Made by a program: the position numbers and the translations under genes. A stretch of 46,220 nt of DNA from contig JBEKGO010000021.1 of the NCBI GenBank assembly GCA_050012755.1, positions 1-46,220 of the forward strand, in the 5' to 3' direction. Source of the DNA: Candidatus Bathyarchaeia archaeon (lineage in GTDB: Archaea; Thermoproteota; Bathyarchaeia; Bathyarchaeales; Bathycorpusculaceae). This document shows positions 18,832-28,352 of this stretch, in pieces (within the stretch, counting starts at the first letter, position 1; every line of letters starts with the position of its first letter). The notes under the pieces were generated by a model. That model saw only the letters and a list, made by a program, of their open reading frames with translations, did not search any database and had not been told where the DNA came from.

Positions 18832-20136
18832 CTAAAACAATGAAGTTTGCGATCTCTTCTTATACCTAAAGAAAACTACTGAAACGACAATTACGACGAA
18901 AATTACTACTCCAATTACAATGAGTAGAGTGTTCGACAATGCTGGTGAAGAACTCGAAGCCCCCAATGCATAAACTCTATCGTCATATGATCCAAAGTAA
19001 ACGACTCCGTTGACAACAGTAGGAGATGACAATACAATGTCGCCAGTTGTGTAATTCCAAAGATTAGCGCCATTGGTCGCATTCAAAGCATAGATTTTAT
19101 GATTATAGGAGCCTATGTAAACTACACCACTAATAACACATGGAGACGAGCCAAAACTGTATCCACCGATAGGGTAATTCCAAATTTTTGTGCCGTTAAT
19201 TGCGTTGAAAGCGTAAACATTACCGTCATCCGAGCCTATGTAGACTACGCCTTTATCAACAGCGGGAGATGACTCCACCCAGTCACCTGTAGTGTAATTC
19301 CAGAGTTTTGCGCCGCTAATGGCGTTCAAAGCATACACGTTACGATCAAACGAGCCTACGTAAACTACGCCATTAACAACGGCGGGTGACGAATCAATAC
19401 CTCCAACGGTATTGTAGCTCCAGAGCTTGCTACCATCTGTAGCATTCAAAGCAAAAACGTTACCATCTTCGCAGCCAACGTATAAGATGCCATCTGCAAC
19501 TGCAGGAGAAGAATCAACACTGCTATCCGTTGTATAATTCCAGAGTTTATTGCCATTAGTAGCATTCAATGCATAAACTGAACCCAAAAGAACTGCGAAT
19601 GTCGGCGGAACAGGCGGTGCTAAACCAACACCTGAACACACATAAACCACACCGTTAACAGCCACCGGAGACGACTCAACATAGCTATAATAATTGCCCA
19701 AAGTGTAGTTCCAGATTTTATCACCGTTAGATGTTTTGAGAGCATAAACGTTGCCAACATAGCCATTTAAGCCCATGGGAACTTCCGAGCCTATGTACAC
19801 TACTCCTCCGACAACAGCTGGAGACGGCTTAACATCGCCACCAATTGTGTGATTCCAAACCAGATAACCGCTATTTGCATTCAGAGCATAAACGTTACCA
19901 TCCAAAGAACCAACGTAAACTACACCATTAACTACAGCAGGAGACGAGTATACTCCACTGCCAGTAGTGTAATTCCAGATCAACGTAGGAGTTAGCGCTG
20001 GACTGCCAGTTCCTACGCCGTTATGATATGGATCCGAACGGAACATCATCCAATCCGCATGTGCAAGCGGAATCAAAATTAAACTGAAAACAATAATTAT
20101 GCAAACCGTTACTGCTATTGCACCAAACCTGTTCAT
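18832..20136 (-). CDS. Secreted, C-terminally anchored PQQ-binding-like beta-propeller repeat protein (BamB/AfsK-like)
   Basis: Signal peptide, DWMMFRSD, ~8 repeats of WNYTTG..V.SSPAV.NGVVYVGS.D.NVYALNA, C-terminal TM plus basic residues. Confidence 0.92.
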   Translation of the reverse strand: MNRFGAIAVTVCIIIVFSLILIPLAHADWMMFRSDPYHNGVGTGSPALTPTLIWNYTTGSGVYSSPAVVNGVVYVGSLDGNVYALNANSGYLVWNHTIGGDVKPSPAVVGGVVYIGSEVPMGLNGYVGNVYALKTSNGDKIWNYTLGNYYSYVESSPVAVNGVVYVCSGVGLAPPVPPTFAVLLGSVYALNATNGNKLWNYTTDSSVDSSPAVADGILYVGCEDGNVFALNATDGSKLWSYNTVGGIDSSPAVVNGVVYVGSFDRNVYALNAISGAKLWNYTTGDWVESSPAVDKGVVYIGSDDGNVYAFNAINGTKIWNYPIGGYSFGSSPCVISGVVYIGSYNHKIYALNATNGANLWNYTTGDIVLSSPTVVNGVVYFGSYDDRVYALGASSSSPALSNTLLIVIGVVIFVVIVVSVVFFRYKKRSQTSLF

Positions 20137-20144
20137 GCTTACAT

Positions 20145-20220
20145 CTGGAACTGATTTACAATTAAAAGGCTTCTCGTAAAGGTCTCTTGACGGGTTTAAG
20201 TCAAGGTTTCTTGACTAAGC
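20145..20220 (-). promoter_or_regulatory. Promoter/operator module copy A (BRE-TATA plus TTGAC/GTCAA inverted repeats)
   Basis: Minus strand TTTACGAGAAGCCTTTTAAT about 25-45 bp upstream of the ATG; a closely similar module sits at 23209-23283. Confidence 0.7.
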
Positions 20221-20367
20221 CTAAACTTTTTTGTTCAAATTTCTTGAGTAATCTCTGCAATCTGGCTTTTAGAAGGCCCAGTCACCCGACTCAACAGCAA
20301 CTAGGCGTCTATTCGTAAAGTTTAGTCCAACACAAATCTTAATATTTTCTAGCTGACCTTAAAGAGG

Positions 20368-20616
20368 TTGGTAACAGAGAAAATGCTCGAAGATTGGCAA
20401 GAAAGAATTGTAGTGGACCCAAAAATCCTAGTTGGAAAACCCCTCGTAAGAGGCACCCGGCTTTCAGTTGAGTTCATCTTGGATCTCCTTGCTAACGATT
20501 GGACAATCGAGCAGATACTTAATGAATATCCCCAGTTAGACAGAAAAGACGTGATGGCTGTCTTAAAGTATGCTGCTGAAATGGCTAAGGAAGAGAAGGT
20601 ATATCCATTACCCTAA
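20368..20616 (+). CDS. DUF433 family antitoxin
   Basis: RIVVDPKILVGKPLVRGTRLSVEFIL...EYPQL...AVLKYA. Confidence 0.93.
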   Translation: MVTEKMLEDWQERIVVDPKILVGKPLVRGTRLSVEFILDLLANDWTIEQILNEYPQLDRKDVMAVLKYAAEMAKEEKVYPLP

Positions 20617-20963
20617 AGTTCCTTGCTGACGAAAACATCTCCTACAAAGTGGTTAATGCCCTCAGAAGCACAGGCATAGACATTGTCCCAGTAAAGGAGC
20701 TTTCGTCAGGCATAAGTGATGAAGCCGTTTTAGAAGCAGCGAATAAGCAAAACAGAATTTTAATAACTTTTGACACTGATTTTGGAGAACTCATTTTCAA
20801 ACAAAAACTTAAGGCTCGAGGTGTTATCCTTCTAAAATTTGCTCCAAAATCAACTCAGCATGTTGTTGACACAATCTTGAACGTGATGAAAACGCAAGCA
20901 AAAATAGAGGATCATTTTCTTACAGTCAAAGAAAAGAAGATACGAGTGCTTCGCCTAAAATAA
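20613..20963 (+). CDS. DUF5615 family PIN-like toxin (non-canonical start or damaged 5' end)
   Basis: In-frame KFLADENI from 20616, upstream of the ORF-track GTG; also SDEAVL and RILITFDTDFGEL. The codon at the Met position (20613) is CTA. Confidence 0.85.
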   Translation, partial: LKFLADENISYKVVNALRSTGIDIVPVKELSSGISDEAVLEAANKQNRILITFDTDFGELIFKQKLKARGVILLKFAPKSTQHVVDTILNVMKTQAKIEDHFLTVKEKKIRVLRLK

Positions 20964-21028
20964 TAATTTCGAGAACGTTTATTGCCTAAAACCTTCTTAG
21001 CTATACAAAGATATTCGCAAACTTATTT

Positions 21029-23200
21029 TCAGTGTTTGTGTTTCTTGAAGTAAACCAACAAACCAGACACTGCGATTATGATAAGCAAAAGTGGAATTGT
21101 GAGAACTGGAAACTCTGGAATTGCGGGTGTTGTTAAAGGTGACGCGGTAGGGGAAATGCTTGGTGTTGCTGTTGATGTTGAAGTTGGTGAACTTGTTGGG
21201 GTTGGTGAGGGTGAAGGTTCTTGTGTTGACGTAGCGGTTGGAATCGGAGTTGGGGTAGGAGATGCCGCAGGGGCATTAACAGTCACCAACGTGGCAGTAG
21301 AGTTCATTTCTGCTCCTGTGCTGTCTGTTATTTGAAGTATGAAGCTCCAACCGCCTGTAGCAGTAGAGTCTGAGGTGGCAAAGCTGAAATTCGGAATACC
21401 TGTGCCTACCGTGGCATAGTTTCCTCCAGGGGCCCTCTCAAACCACTGATAAGTGAAAGGAAAAGTGCCGGTCGGGGAAAAGTTAGTTGAAGTTAAGCTT
21501 GAGGTCTGACCCTGAATAACTGTACTAGGAGATGTCGTTACTGTCGGCGCGGCCAAAGCTGGGTTCACCGTAACAGTGGTTGCAGTGGCATTAGTGGCTG
21601 CACCTGTATTATCGGTTACCTGAAGAATGAAACTCCAAGTGCCCCTGGCCGTAGTGTCCGATGTGGAAAAGCTGTAGCTTGATGAAGTTGCACCATTAAT
21701 ATACGAGTACGAGGATTCGTTGACTTTAGAATACCACTGATAAGTATAAGGCGGAGTGCCAGTTGTCACAACATTAGAAGTCAAACTTGAAATTTGCCCC
21801 TGATCAACCGTACTCGGTGAAGCAGACACGAAAGGAGCGGTCAAGAAAGTGTTAACAGTCACCGAAACAGCAGTAGAGTTCACAGCTGCTCCTACACTAT
21901 CAGTCACTTGAAGAATGAAACTCCAGCTGCCGGTCGATGTGACAGGTGGAAGTCGATTGGAACCTAAGGTGACAAAATTGAAATTTGGAGAATTCGTGCC
22001 TACTGTAGCATAACTTCCACTCGGCGCCATCTCAAACCACTGATACGAGTAAGGTGTAGAACCGCCAAAAAGCCCGCTCACAGAAAGCGTAGACGTCTGA
22101 CCTTGATCCACTGCGCCGGAGGAGGCAACAACAGTAAATGTGAGAGGAGCTTTTGGTGCTAAGGGATTCGGCGCAGTTAAAAACGGAACGAAACTAACTA
22201 CGCCTAAGTTAAAATCATTCTTGAAATCATAAATTGTCTGATTTATTGCAGATGCGTCGGTTGTTCCCCACCAATTGTAAGTGGCATTTATATCATTATT
22301 TGGAACGCTTTCTTCGACATTGTAATTCCTATTGTTGTAAATGTTATTGTTTAGAATTGCTGGAGCAACTCCGCTGAACCTTTCCCAACCGAGGTAAATT
22401 CCAATTGTATTATTTGTGATGGTATTGTTTTGAATTAACGGGCTATCCACTGTAGTACCTTGGATTCCTATGATGTTAATTCCATTTGTATTGTTAACGA
22501 TCAAGTTTCCTTCAATTAAAGAAGTGCAATTAATCCAGTCGGGAGGAGGAGCATCTATGTCAGCTGTAATTGCTACTGAGCAACCTGATATTGTATTGTC
22601 CAAAACGGTTTCGTTTGAAATGCCCAAATTAATTCCGTTACCCAGAATAGTGTTGCTCTTAATAGTCGGCGTTACACCGTCTGCAACACTTATTCCACCA
22701 TAGATGGTGTTGTTCGAAATAGTAGGCATCCCCTCTTCAACACTAATGCCACTAGTGATAATGTTGTTTGAAATCAAGGGCGAAGTATCGAGTGTCATGC
22801 TTGAGCTTAGAACTGATAGGACAATTATGGAACCGCTACCTGTTGAGGCATTCCAGCTAGTACTGTATTGAGTAAATGTAATTTGTCCCCCATCGAAAGT
22901 AACTGGATTCCCATAATTCCCCCATGCTTGTAATGTGCCATTAACCATTATGTAGTAGCTACCCAGATTCACTGTAGCCCCTGCGTCAATGGTCAACGTT
23001 ACTCCGTTGTTTACAAGAACGTTTCCAGTTAAAGTGTAAGGACTGTTTGTTTGTGCCCAAGTAGTATTTGAAGTAATTATGCCGCCTACGTTTGTCCCAT
23101 TTTGAGCTGATCCTAACGTTAAAGTTCCGAAGAGAATTGTACTTGGTATAGCAATAATCAGAATAAAGGCTAATGCAAAACTCTTGCTTGTTTTTTCCAT
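21029..23200 (-). CDS. Cell-surface glycoprotein: beta-helix domain, three Ig-like repeats, P/T linker, PEF-CTERM sorting signal
   Basis: Signal peptide, WAQTNSPYTLTG, NATYNWWG, 3x (VDQGQ.S.L...P.TYQWF...WSFILQVTD.TGA), AIPEFP+TM+YFKKHKH. Confidence 0.88.
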   Translation of the reverse strand: MEKTSKSFALAFILIIAIPSTILFGTLTLGSAQNGTNVGGIITSNTTWAQTNSPYTLTGNVLVNNGVTLTIDAGATVNLGSYYIMVNGTLQAWGNYGNPVTFDGGQITFTQYSTSWNASTGSGSIIVLSVLSSSMTLDTSPLISNNIITSGISVEEGMPTISNNTIYGGISVADGVTPTIKSNTILGNGINLGISNETVLDNTISGCSVAITADIDAPPPDWINCTSLIEGNLIVNNTNGINIIGIQGTTVDSPLIQNNTITNNTIGIYLGWERFSGVAPAILNNNIYNNRNYNVEESVPNNDINATYNWWGTTDASAINQTIYDFKNDFNLGVVSFVPFLTAPNPLAPKAPLTFTVVASSGAVDQGQTSTLSVSGLFGGSTPYSYQWFEMAPSGSYATVGTNSPNFNFVTLGSNRLPPVTSTGSWSFILQVTDSVGAAVNSTAVSVTVNTFLTAPFVSASPSTVDQGQISSLTSNVVTTGTPPYTYQWYSKVNESSYSYINGATSSSYSFSTSDTTARGTWSFILQVTDNTGAATNATATTVTVNPALAAPTVTTSPSTVIQGQTSSLTSTNFSPTGTFPFTYQWFERAPGGNYATVGTGIPNFSFATSDSTATGGWSFILQITDSTGAEMNSTATLVTVNAPAASPTPTPIPTATSTQEPSPSPTPTSSPTSTSTATPSISPTASPLTTPAIPEFPVLTIPLLLIIIAVSGLLVYFKKHKH

Positions 23201-23208
23201 GATAACAA

Positions 23209-23283
23209 CTGGAACTAACTTCTGATAAAAGGCTTCTCGTAAAACTCTTTTGACTGGGTTTAGTCAAGGTTTCTTTACTTGGC
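23209..23283 (-). promoter_or_regulatory. Promoter/operator module copy B
   Basis: CTGGAACT...TAAAAGGCTTCTCGTAAA...TTGACTGGGTTTAGTCAAGGTTTCTT, matching 20145-20220, at a similar distance from the ATG. Confidence 0.7.
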
Positions 23284-23449
23284 GGAATCTTTTGACGTTG
23301 GGAAAGAGACTGCCGTGAGAAAAGGCAATGTAATCTACCTTTGAAAAATCAAGAAACGTCTCGAGGCTACGATTTAGCAAGCCAGCAAAATGGATATTTA
23401 CATCCCCGAAAACGACTCAGCTAAGCTTCGAATCACTTAGATTTCTATA

Positions 23450-23533
23450 TTGGGGGCGGGTTCAGAGTGGTGCGGAACATGCAACTGTGATGGCGAACCA
23501 TCAAATGCATTTCCCTCTGAACCCAATCCAACA
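23450..23533. ncRNA. Candidate structured RNA / long stem-loop
   Basis: GGGTTCAGAG(23458-67)/CTCTGAACCC(23515-24) encloses GGAA/TTCC, ATGCA/TGCAT and TGATGG-CGAA-CCATCA. Confidence 0.4.
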
Positions 23534-23710
23534 AGAATAGGATTAATCTCTAAAGCATTATGAATACAGAATCAACAAGACAAGTTTACTTTTTCGTTAG
23601 ATGTTTGAAAGAAGAGCATATCAAAATTGGCTATCTGCAACTAGAATATGCTTTTTGTGTTACATAAAATTTATCGGAGCGGAAACGTAAACTAGGGTTA
23701 GTGAGTGTAA

Positions 23711-24304
23711 ATGTCTTCAGATAACGATGATTACCCTGAATGGTCAAGAAGAAGGCGGGGAAAAGACCCGTTTTTCGGCGATATAGATGACATGTTCCGT
23801 GAAATGGAAAAAATGATGGATGAAGAACTAAAAACCTTCACGGACAAAGTGCCTAAAGAATATGTTAAGGAACGCAAACTCCCCGACGGAAGCACCGTTA
23901 AGGAACTCGGACCCTTCGTTTACGGTTACAGCATGAAAATTGGTCCCGACGGCAAACCTGAAATTCAAGAGTTCGGCAACATCAAAAAAGACTTGAAAGG
24001 GGCACCCCAAGTCAAGGAAGAACGCGAACCACTTGTAGATATTGTTGAAACAAACGAAGACGTTCATGTAGTTGCGGAGTTGCCAGGAGTAGAAAAAAAC
24101 GACATAAAACTTTACGGCACAGAAGATTCACTGACAATTTCAGTTGATACTCCCCAATACAAGTACTTCAAAGAAGTTGAGCTGCTGTCAAAAGTAAAAG
24201 TTAAAGAAGCAAAGTCCACTTACAAAAACGGCGTCTTAGAAGTAGTGCTTCCGAAAGCTGAAACAGAAAACAAGCCGAAAGGAGAACCAATCGGCATTGG
24301 CTAA
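23711..24304 (+). CDS. hsp20: Archaeal small heat shock protein Hsp20
   Basis: GPFVYGYSMKIGPDGKPEIQEFGN, REPLVDI, AELPGVEK, YKNGVLEV. Confidence 0.95.
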   Translation: MSSDNDDYPEWSRRRRGKDPFFGDIDDMFREMEKMMDEELKTFTDKVPKEYVKERKLPDGSTVKELGPFVYGYSMKIGPDGKPEIQEFGNIKKDLKGAPQVKEEREPLVDIVETNEDVHVVAELPGVEKNDIKLYGTEDSLTISVDTPQYKYFKEVELLSKVKVKEAKSTYKNGVLEVVLPKAETENKPKGEPIGIG

Positions 24305-24349
24305 AAGGCTAAATTCGCTTTCGCCTATCTTTCAGTTGCGAGTGTAGAA

Positions 24350-24760
24350 ATGAGCGATAATTCAGAAATAGATACGTTAAACGCTATTTGTCAAGAAGCA
24401 AAGGCAGAAGGCAAACTGTCAGGCACCAACATAACGGAACTCTATGAGCTTTTTGGGTCAAGATTCACAAAAGCATTAGATACATTAAAAGAGAATCGGG
24501 TGAAAAAGTATGTTTTCAAACCAAGCGGGAGAATTGTTTGGATCGTTATTGGAAGAGAGCGGGATTACTTGATTATGCCTGAAGCCGAATTTTGTACGTG
24601 TGACGATTTTTACTTCCGGGTCTTAGATAAAAAAGTGCATATGTGTTATCATTTGTTAACGCAGAAGGTGGCGCAGAACCTAAACTGGTTTGAGACAATA
24701 GATGAAAATGATGATACTTATGACATGTTGATGAATGAGTGGAAAAAAGCTACTCCTTAA
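24350..24760 (+). CDS. SWIM zinc finger protein
   Basis: FCTCDDFYFR...CYHLL (CxC...CxH). Confidence 0.85.
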   Translation: MSDNSEIDTLNAICQEAKAEGKLSGTNITELYELFGSRFTKALDTLKENRVKKYVFKPSGRIVWIVIGRERDYLIMPEAEFCTCDDFYFRVLDKKVHMCYHLLTQKVAQNLNWFETIDENDDTYDMLMNEWKKATP

Positions 24761-24942
24761 ATATTAAGAGGTATAAGAATATGATAAAATGCAAGGATGA
24801 ATCTCAATGGATTTAGGCGCATACTTCGTAAGTTTACAATATGTCCTCATGGGCTCAATATTTATTGCATTAACCCTGATTTTCCTCTACGTGTATTACG
24901 GCAGAGAAGAAGAGACAGAGACCGAATAAATTTCCTCTATTT

Positions 24943-25242
24943 TTATTCTCCTAACCGCCTCATCCTTCTATTCATTATTAAAAAGAGAACTATACTCAAA
25001 ACAGCAATTGCTATTCCAATCAAAATTAGCCAGACCGCATCAGGTCCTTTACCAAAAACAATGGGAAATGGCCCGATAAAAATAACAACTCCAGCACTTC
25101 CTGAATTGCCTAAAACCACTGAAGCAACTACCAAAACGACTATTCCAATAAAAATCAAAGTTATCCCTAAAATCAAAAAGCTGAAAAGCCTGCTAGACAC
25201 TTCAATGCCCTCATCTTCATTTTTTGGCGTGCTTCGTAACAT
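24943..25242 (-). CDS. DUF131 (TIGR00304-like) membrane protein
   Basis: AGVVIFIGPFPIVFG motif, TM helices. Confidence 0.85.
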   Translation of the reverse strand: MLRSTPKNEDEGIEVSSRLFSFLILGITLIFIGIVVLVVASVVLGNSGSAGVVIFIGPFPIVFGKGPDAVWLILIGIAIAVLSIVLFLIMNRRMRRLGE

Positions 25243-25248
25243 GCAGTT

Positions 25249-25509
25249 CTACCTCAATAGCCAATAGAAAATTACCATGGCAATAATCACTGCTATGGTA
25301 AGGGCTAAGGCAAGCACCAAAACGGTTTTGACTGATTTTTTGTCTGTACCAAAGATTATTGGAACGGGACCGATCATAATTACGCCTGCAGCCTTCACCT
25401 TTCCCTTACCCGCGCCTCGCATCGACGCTAAAATGATTGCTAAAACAATAATAATTATTCCAACAGCAATTAATACCGTGCCAAGTGAGTAAAAAACTGC
25501 TGCGTCCAC
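25249..25509 (-). CDS. DUF131 (TIGR00304-like) membrane protein
   Basis: AAGVIMIGPVPIIFGTD motif; start placed at GTG 25509. Confidence 0.85.
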   Translation of the reverse strand: MDAAVFYSLGTVLIAVGIIIIVLAIILASMRGAGKGKVKAAGVIMIGPVPIIFGTDKKSVKTVLVLALALTIAVIIAMVIFYWLLR

Positions 25510-25630
25510 GTGTTTTTCCCTCAGCAATCCAAACCAAAAGGAAACGGCGTTTTTAATAAACATGATAAGAAAAAGCAAAAAATGCAAAAAAATTAAAAGC
25601 GTCAGAATATCTTTATCGTGTCGGCGCAAA

Positions 25631-26785
25631 ATGACCACTCAAGAAATCATCGACAGCATTCTCGCGAAAAACCCTGAAATTACAGAAAAGCAGGTGCTTG
25701 AAAAGCTTCAAGTTGAAAAATCCAGAACAGGGGGGTTGCTCAGCGATGAAACACTTTTGAGGTTAATTGCAGCAAAATACGGCGTTGAAGTTCCACAAAC
25801 CCCAATTCATAATGATGGAAACTTGTCGATAAGCCGTTTGTTTGCTGGACTGAATGATGTTACTGTTGCGGGTCGAATAGTAGCGGTTTTTCCAACTCGT
25901 ACTTTCGAAGGAGAAAAACCAGGAAAATTTGCCACTCTAATGGTTGCAGATAATGATGGTATTCTAAGGGTGGTTTTGTGGAATGACAAGGCTGATTCAG
26001 TTGAAAGGGGCGAGTTAAAAGTTGGACAGGCAATTCGGCTCCTACACGGATACACAAGGCAGGATCTGTATGGTAAAGTTGAGTTGCATATTGGCGTTAA
26101 AAGCCAAATAGAAGTGGAGCCTCAAGAAAAAGCCTGCGAGTGCATAGCCATCGACAAGTTTGTCACCAAAATAAGCTGCCTAAACAAAATGTCTGGGAAC
26201 GTTCATCTCTCTGGCTCAGTTAAAGCTGTTTTAGGCTTGACCAAATTCACCCGAAGCGATCAAAGCGACGGAACTGTTATGCGGTTCACTTTAGCTGATG
26301 ATTCAGGAGAAGTGACTGTGGTTGCTTGGAACGAGAAAGCCAAAGAACTCGAGAAAACTCTGACAGCAAATGCATATTTACAGTTGGGTAACGCTAAAGT
26401 AAAAGAAACCAAAGACGGAGGCATAGAAGTCCATGTTGATTTCACAAGTTTTGTTAATGTTCAAGCCGCCGAGTTGAAATTTGCGAAAATAGCCAACCTG
26501 ACCGAAAACCTAAGCGCCAACGTTGAAGGCGTGGTTTCAGCGATTCTTGAAAGCAAGGAGGTAACCACAGCGAAAGGCGAAACAGTGAAGCTGTTGGTTT
26601 TTGAATTAAAAGATGAGTCAGACACAATTAAGGTGTCAGCTTGGCGGCAACATGCAGAAGCCCTTAATGCACTCAAGATTGGCGATAAACTGCAATTAGA
26701 GAATGTTTATGTGAAAAAGGGCTACGGGGACAAAATGGAGCTTTCTACCCGTAGCTCAACGGTTGCCTCGATTATGCCGCCTTAG
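25631..26785 (+). CDS. rpa: Replication protein A / multi-OB-fold ssDNA-binding protein
   Basis: GGLLSDE...LIAA N-terminal domain and three OB folds (D..G..RVVLWN, DDSGEVTVVAWN, DESDTIKVSAW). Confidence 0.88.
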   Translation: MTTQEIIDSILAKNPEITEKQVLEKLQVEKSRTGGLLSDETLLRLIAAKYGVEVPQTPIHNDGNLSISRLFAGLNDVTVAGRIVAVFPTRTFEGEKPGKFATLMVADNDGILRVVLWNDKADSVERGELKVGQAIRLLHGYTRQDLYGKVELHIGVKSQIEVEPQEKACECIAIDKFVTKISCLNKMSGNVHLSGSVKAVLGLTKFTRSDQSDGTVMRFTLADDSGEVTVVAWNEKAKELEKTLTANAYLQLGNAKVKETKDGGIEVHVDFTSFVNVQAAELKFAKIANLTENLSANVEGVVSAILESKEVTTAKGETVKLLVFELKDESDTIKVSAWRQHAEALNALKIGDKLQLENVYVKKGYGDKMELSTRSSTVASIMPP

Positions 26786-27316
26786 TTTCTTGCGCTTTTG
26801 CATTTGCTTGCCATTGTTCTTGTTAACGTAACCAAAAAAAGTGTGTTCATCCTTTGGCGTGTTACAATAGCTTTCGCAATACTTTGAAATAGTCGGAAAA
26901 ATTGATTTTACACGGTCAAACCGCTTTTTACCTCCAATTTTTTCGTCAATCGTAACAACGTCGTTTGGTTTGCTGAATCGTTCTACTTTGCCGTCTTCCC
27001 GTGTCCGCTCGATTTTTATGCAGTCATCCACCATGCAGTTGAAAACGCAGGCTCCGCAGTAAACACATAGATCTTCGATTATTCCTATTTCTCCAGTTTT
27101 CCAGTAAAGAGCGTTAGTTGGACAAGCGTTAACGCATAACTTGCATTGGACACCAGCGCATGTAAACTTGTTTATTTTTATGCTTCCTTCTTTGAAAAAC
27201 TTTTTTACAACTGTTGGTTTCAAAAGTTCTTGAGATTGCTTCTTTTTTGCCTCTGCAGAGCTGTCTTCTGATAGCATGCCGAATATGTCTATGGCAGAAG
27301 CGTTCTTTTCTGGCAT
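26756..27316 (-). CDS. 2x[4Fe-4S] dicluster ferredoxin-domain protein
   Basis: CAGVQCKLCVNACP and CVYCGACVFNC motifs. Confidence 0.88.
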   Translation of the reverse strand: MPEKNASAIDIFGMLSEDSSAEAKKKQSQELLKPTVVKKFFKEGSIKINKFTCAGVQCKLCVNACPTNALYWKTGEIGIIEDLCVYCGACVFNCMVDDCIKIERTREDGKVERFSKPNDVVTIDEKIGGKKRFDRVKSIFPTISKYCESYCNTPKDEHTFFGYVNKNNGKQMQKRKKLRRHNRGNR

Positions 27317-27370
27317 TTAGCGGAATCCCAACTGGGAATGGATTTGTCTTAAAAATACGCTTTATGAATT

Positions 27371-27386
27371 ATAATTACTTATCCCA
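27371..27386 (+). repeat. Left direct repeat (attL-like)
   Basis: ATAATTACTTATCCCA, identical to 35879-35894. Confidence 0.85.
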
Positions 27387-27987
27387 TCATTTTTGGACTT
27401 ATCATTCATATTTCTCAAGCTTCCGAACCGTTTAGGCTTCCAGTAGAAATGCGGTGTAACACCACTAAAAGTCGCTTCGTCATACTTTCTCCAGTTAGCC
27501 TTGCTCACAAAGACACGAATATTTTTGCAGAAAACACGAGGGGTTAAATGTGGGGCGAAAACATACGCTTACAGCCAAAGTTTATCCGACTCTTGTCATA
27601 AATACGGAGTATTTTTAGCTATGGATAAGCAACGGAATTCTTGAATCAATGATTCTGGCATAAGGTCTTCCACTAACGGAGGGTATAGATGAAATCTTAT
27701 TCAGTTTTTATTTTTTATATTTTTGTGTTCAAATAATTAACTTAAACGCGAAAGGGCTCCTTCCCTCTATGGGGTGAAGTTTTTGGAAGGCCTTGGTTAG
27801 TGCCAACCAGCGCCAGTGACCGTTTTTCTCTGGAGCCTAGCAGCTAATCTTGGAAATCCGTTGATCGCGTCATCGATCCCTAGAATGCCTAACGTTTTTA
27901 ATGCACCTTGAATTGCCTGAATTCTAGACTCAGCTATTTTTCCTGCCACGTACTCGCATGGAAAGTGGCCCCATTTTTTGCGAAAGT

Positions 27988-28130
27988 CTGAAAGACAAGG
28001 GGACCAAAATATTTCTCGACTTTGGCCAGTCTTTCACCTTTGGCTCGGATTTTTTTACGAGCTGGCTTCAACCAAGAGGCTTTAATCGATTGGGCGATAA
28101 CTTTGAGTTTAACATATCGCTCAAGATGAG
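27988..28130 (+). pseudogene. Fragment of MBL-fold metallo-hydrolase (beta-CASP/RNase J-like N-terminus)
   Basis: LKDKGTKIFLDFGQSF...WLQPR...LGDNFEF resembles the xLDFG strand region of archaeal MBL hydrolases (from memory). No HxHxDH motif follows. Confidence 0.55.
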
Positions 28131-28352
28131 TTATCTAATACTCCATGACTTTAAATGGCTTGCAGGCATTTACGATTTTTGTAAAGGCTGTTTATCGACT
28201 TGACGATATTTTATAGTATGACAGCGAGTGACCTTTCTCATAGACTTTTCAACAAAACGTGCCAATGGCTCTTTTTTTCTTTTATCCAAGGTTCACCACA
28301 ACCAAGTTCATTTTCCACGATTACTTAGATATCTCAATTAAATTTTATGTTT

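Noticed and set aside
18832-20136. DGR target or DNA tandem-repeat system in the beta-propeller gene
   Set aside because: Repeats are ordinary propeller blades with synonymous divergence; no reverse transcriptase and no adenine-specific TR/VR pair.
24797-25267. 156-aa plus-strand ORF
   Set aside because: Antisense to the DUF131 gene with no recognisable motif.
27531-27562. Possible additional motif copy GAGGGGTTAAATGTGGGGCGAAAAC (also 18442-18461)
   Set aside because: Too degenerate and lacks the spaced T-loop-like core; not counted without a profile search.
27740-27960. Minus-strand open stretch EYVAGKIAESRIQAIQGALKTLGILG...
   Set aside because: No start codon or family recognised; may be a gene remnant but unsupported.
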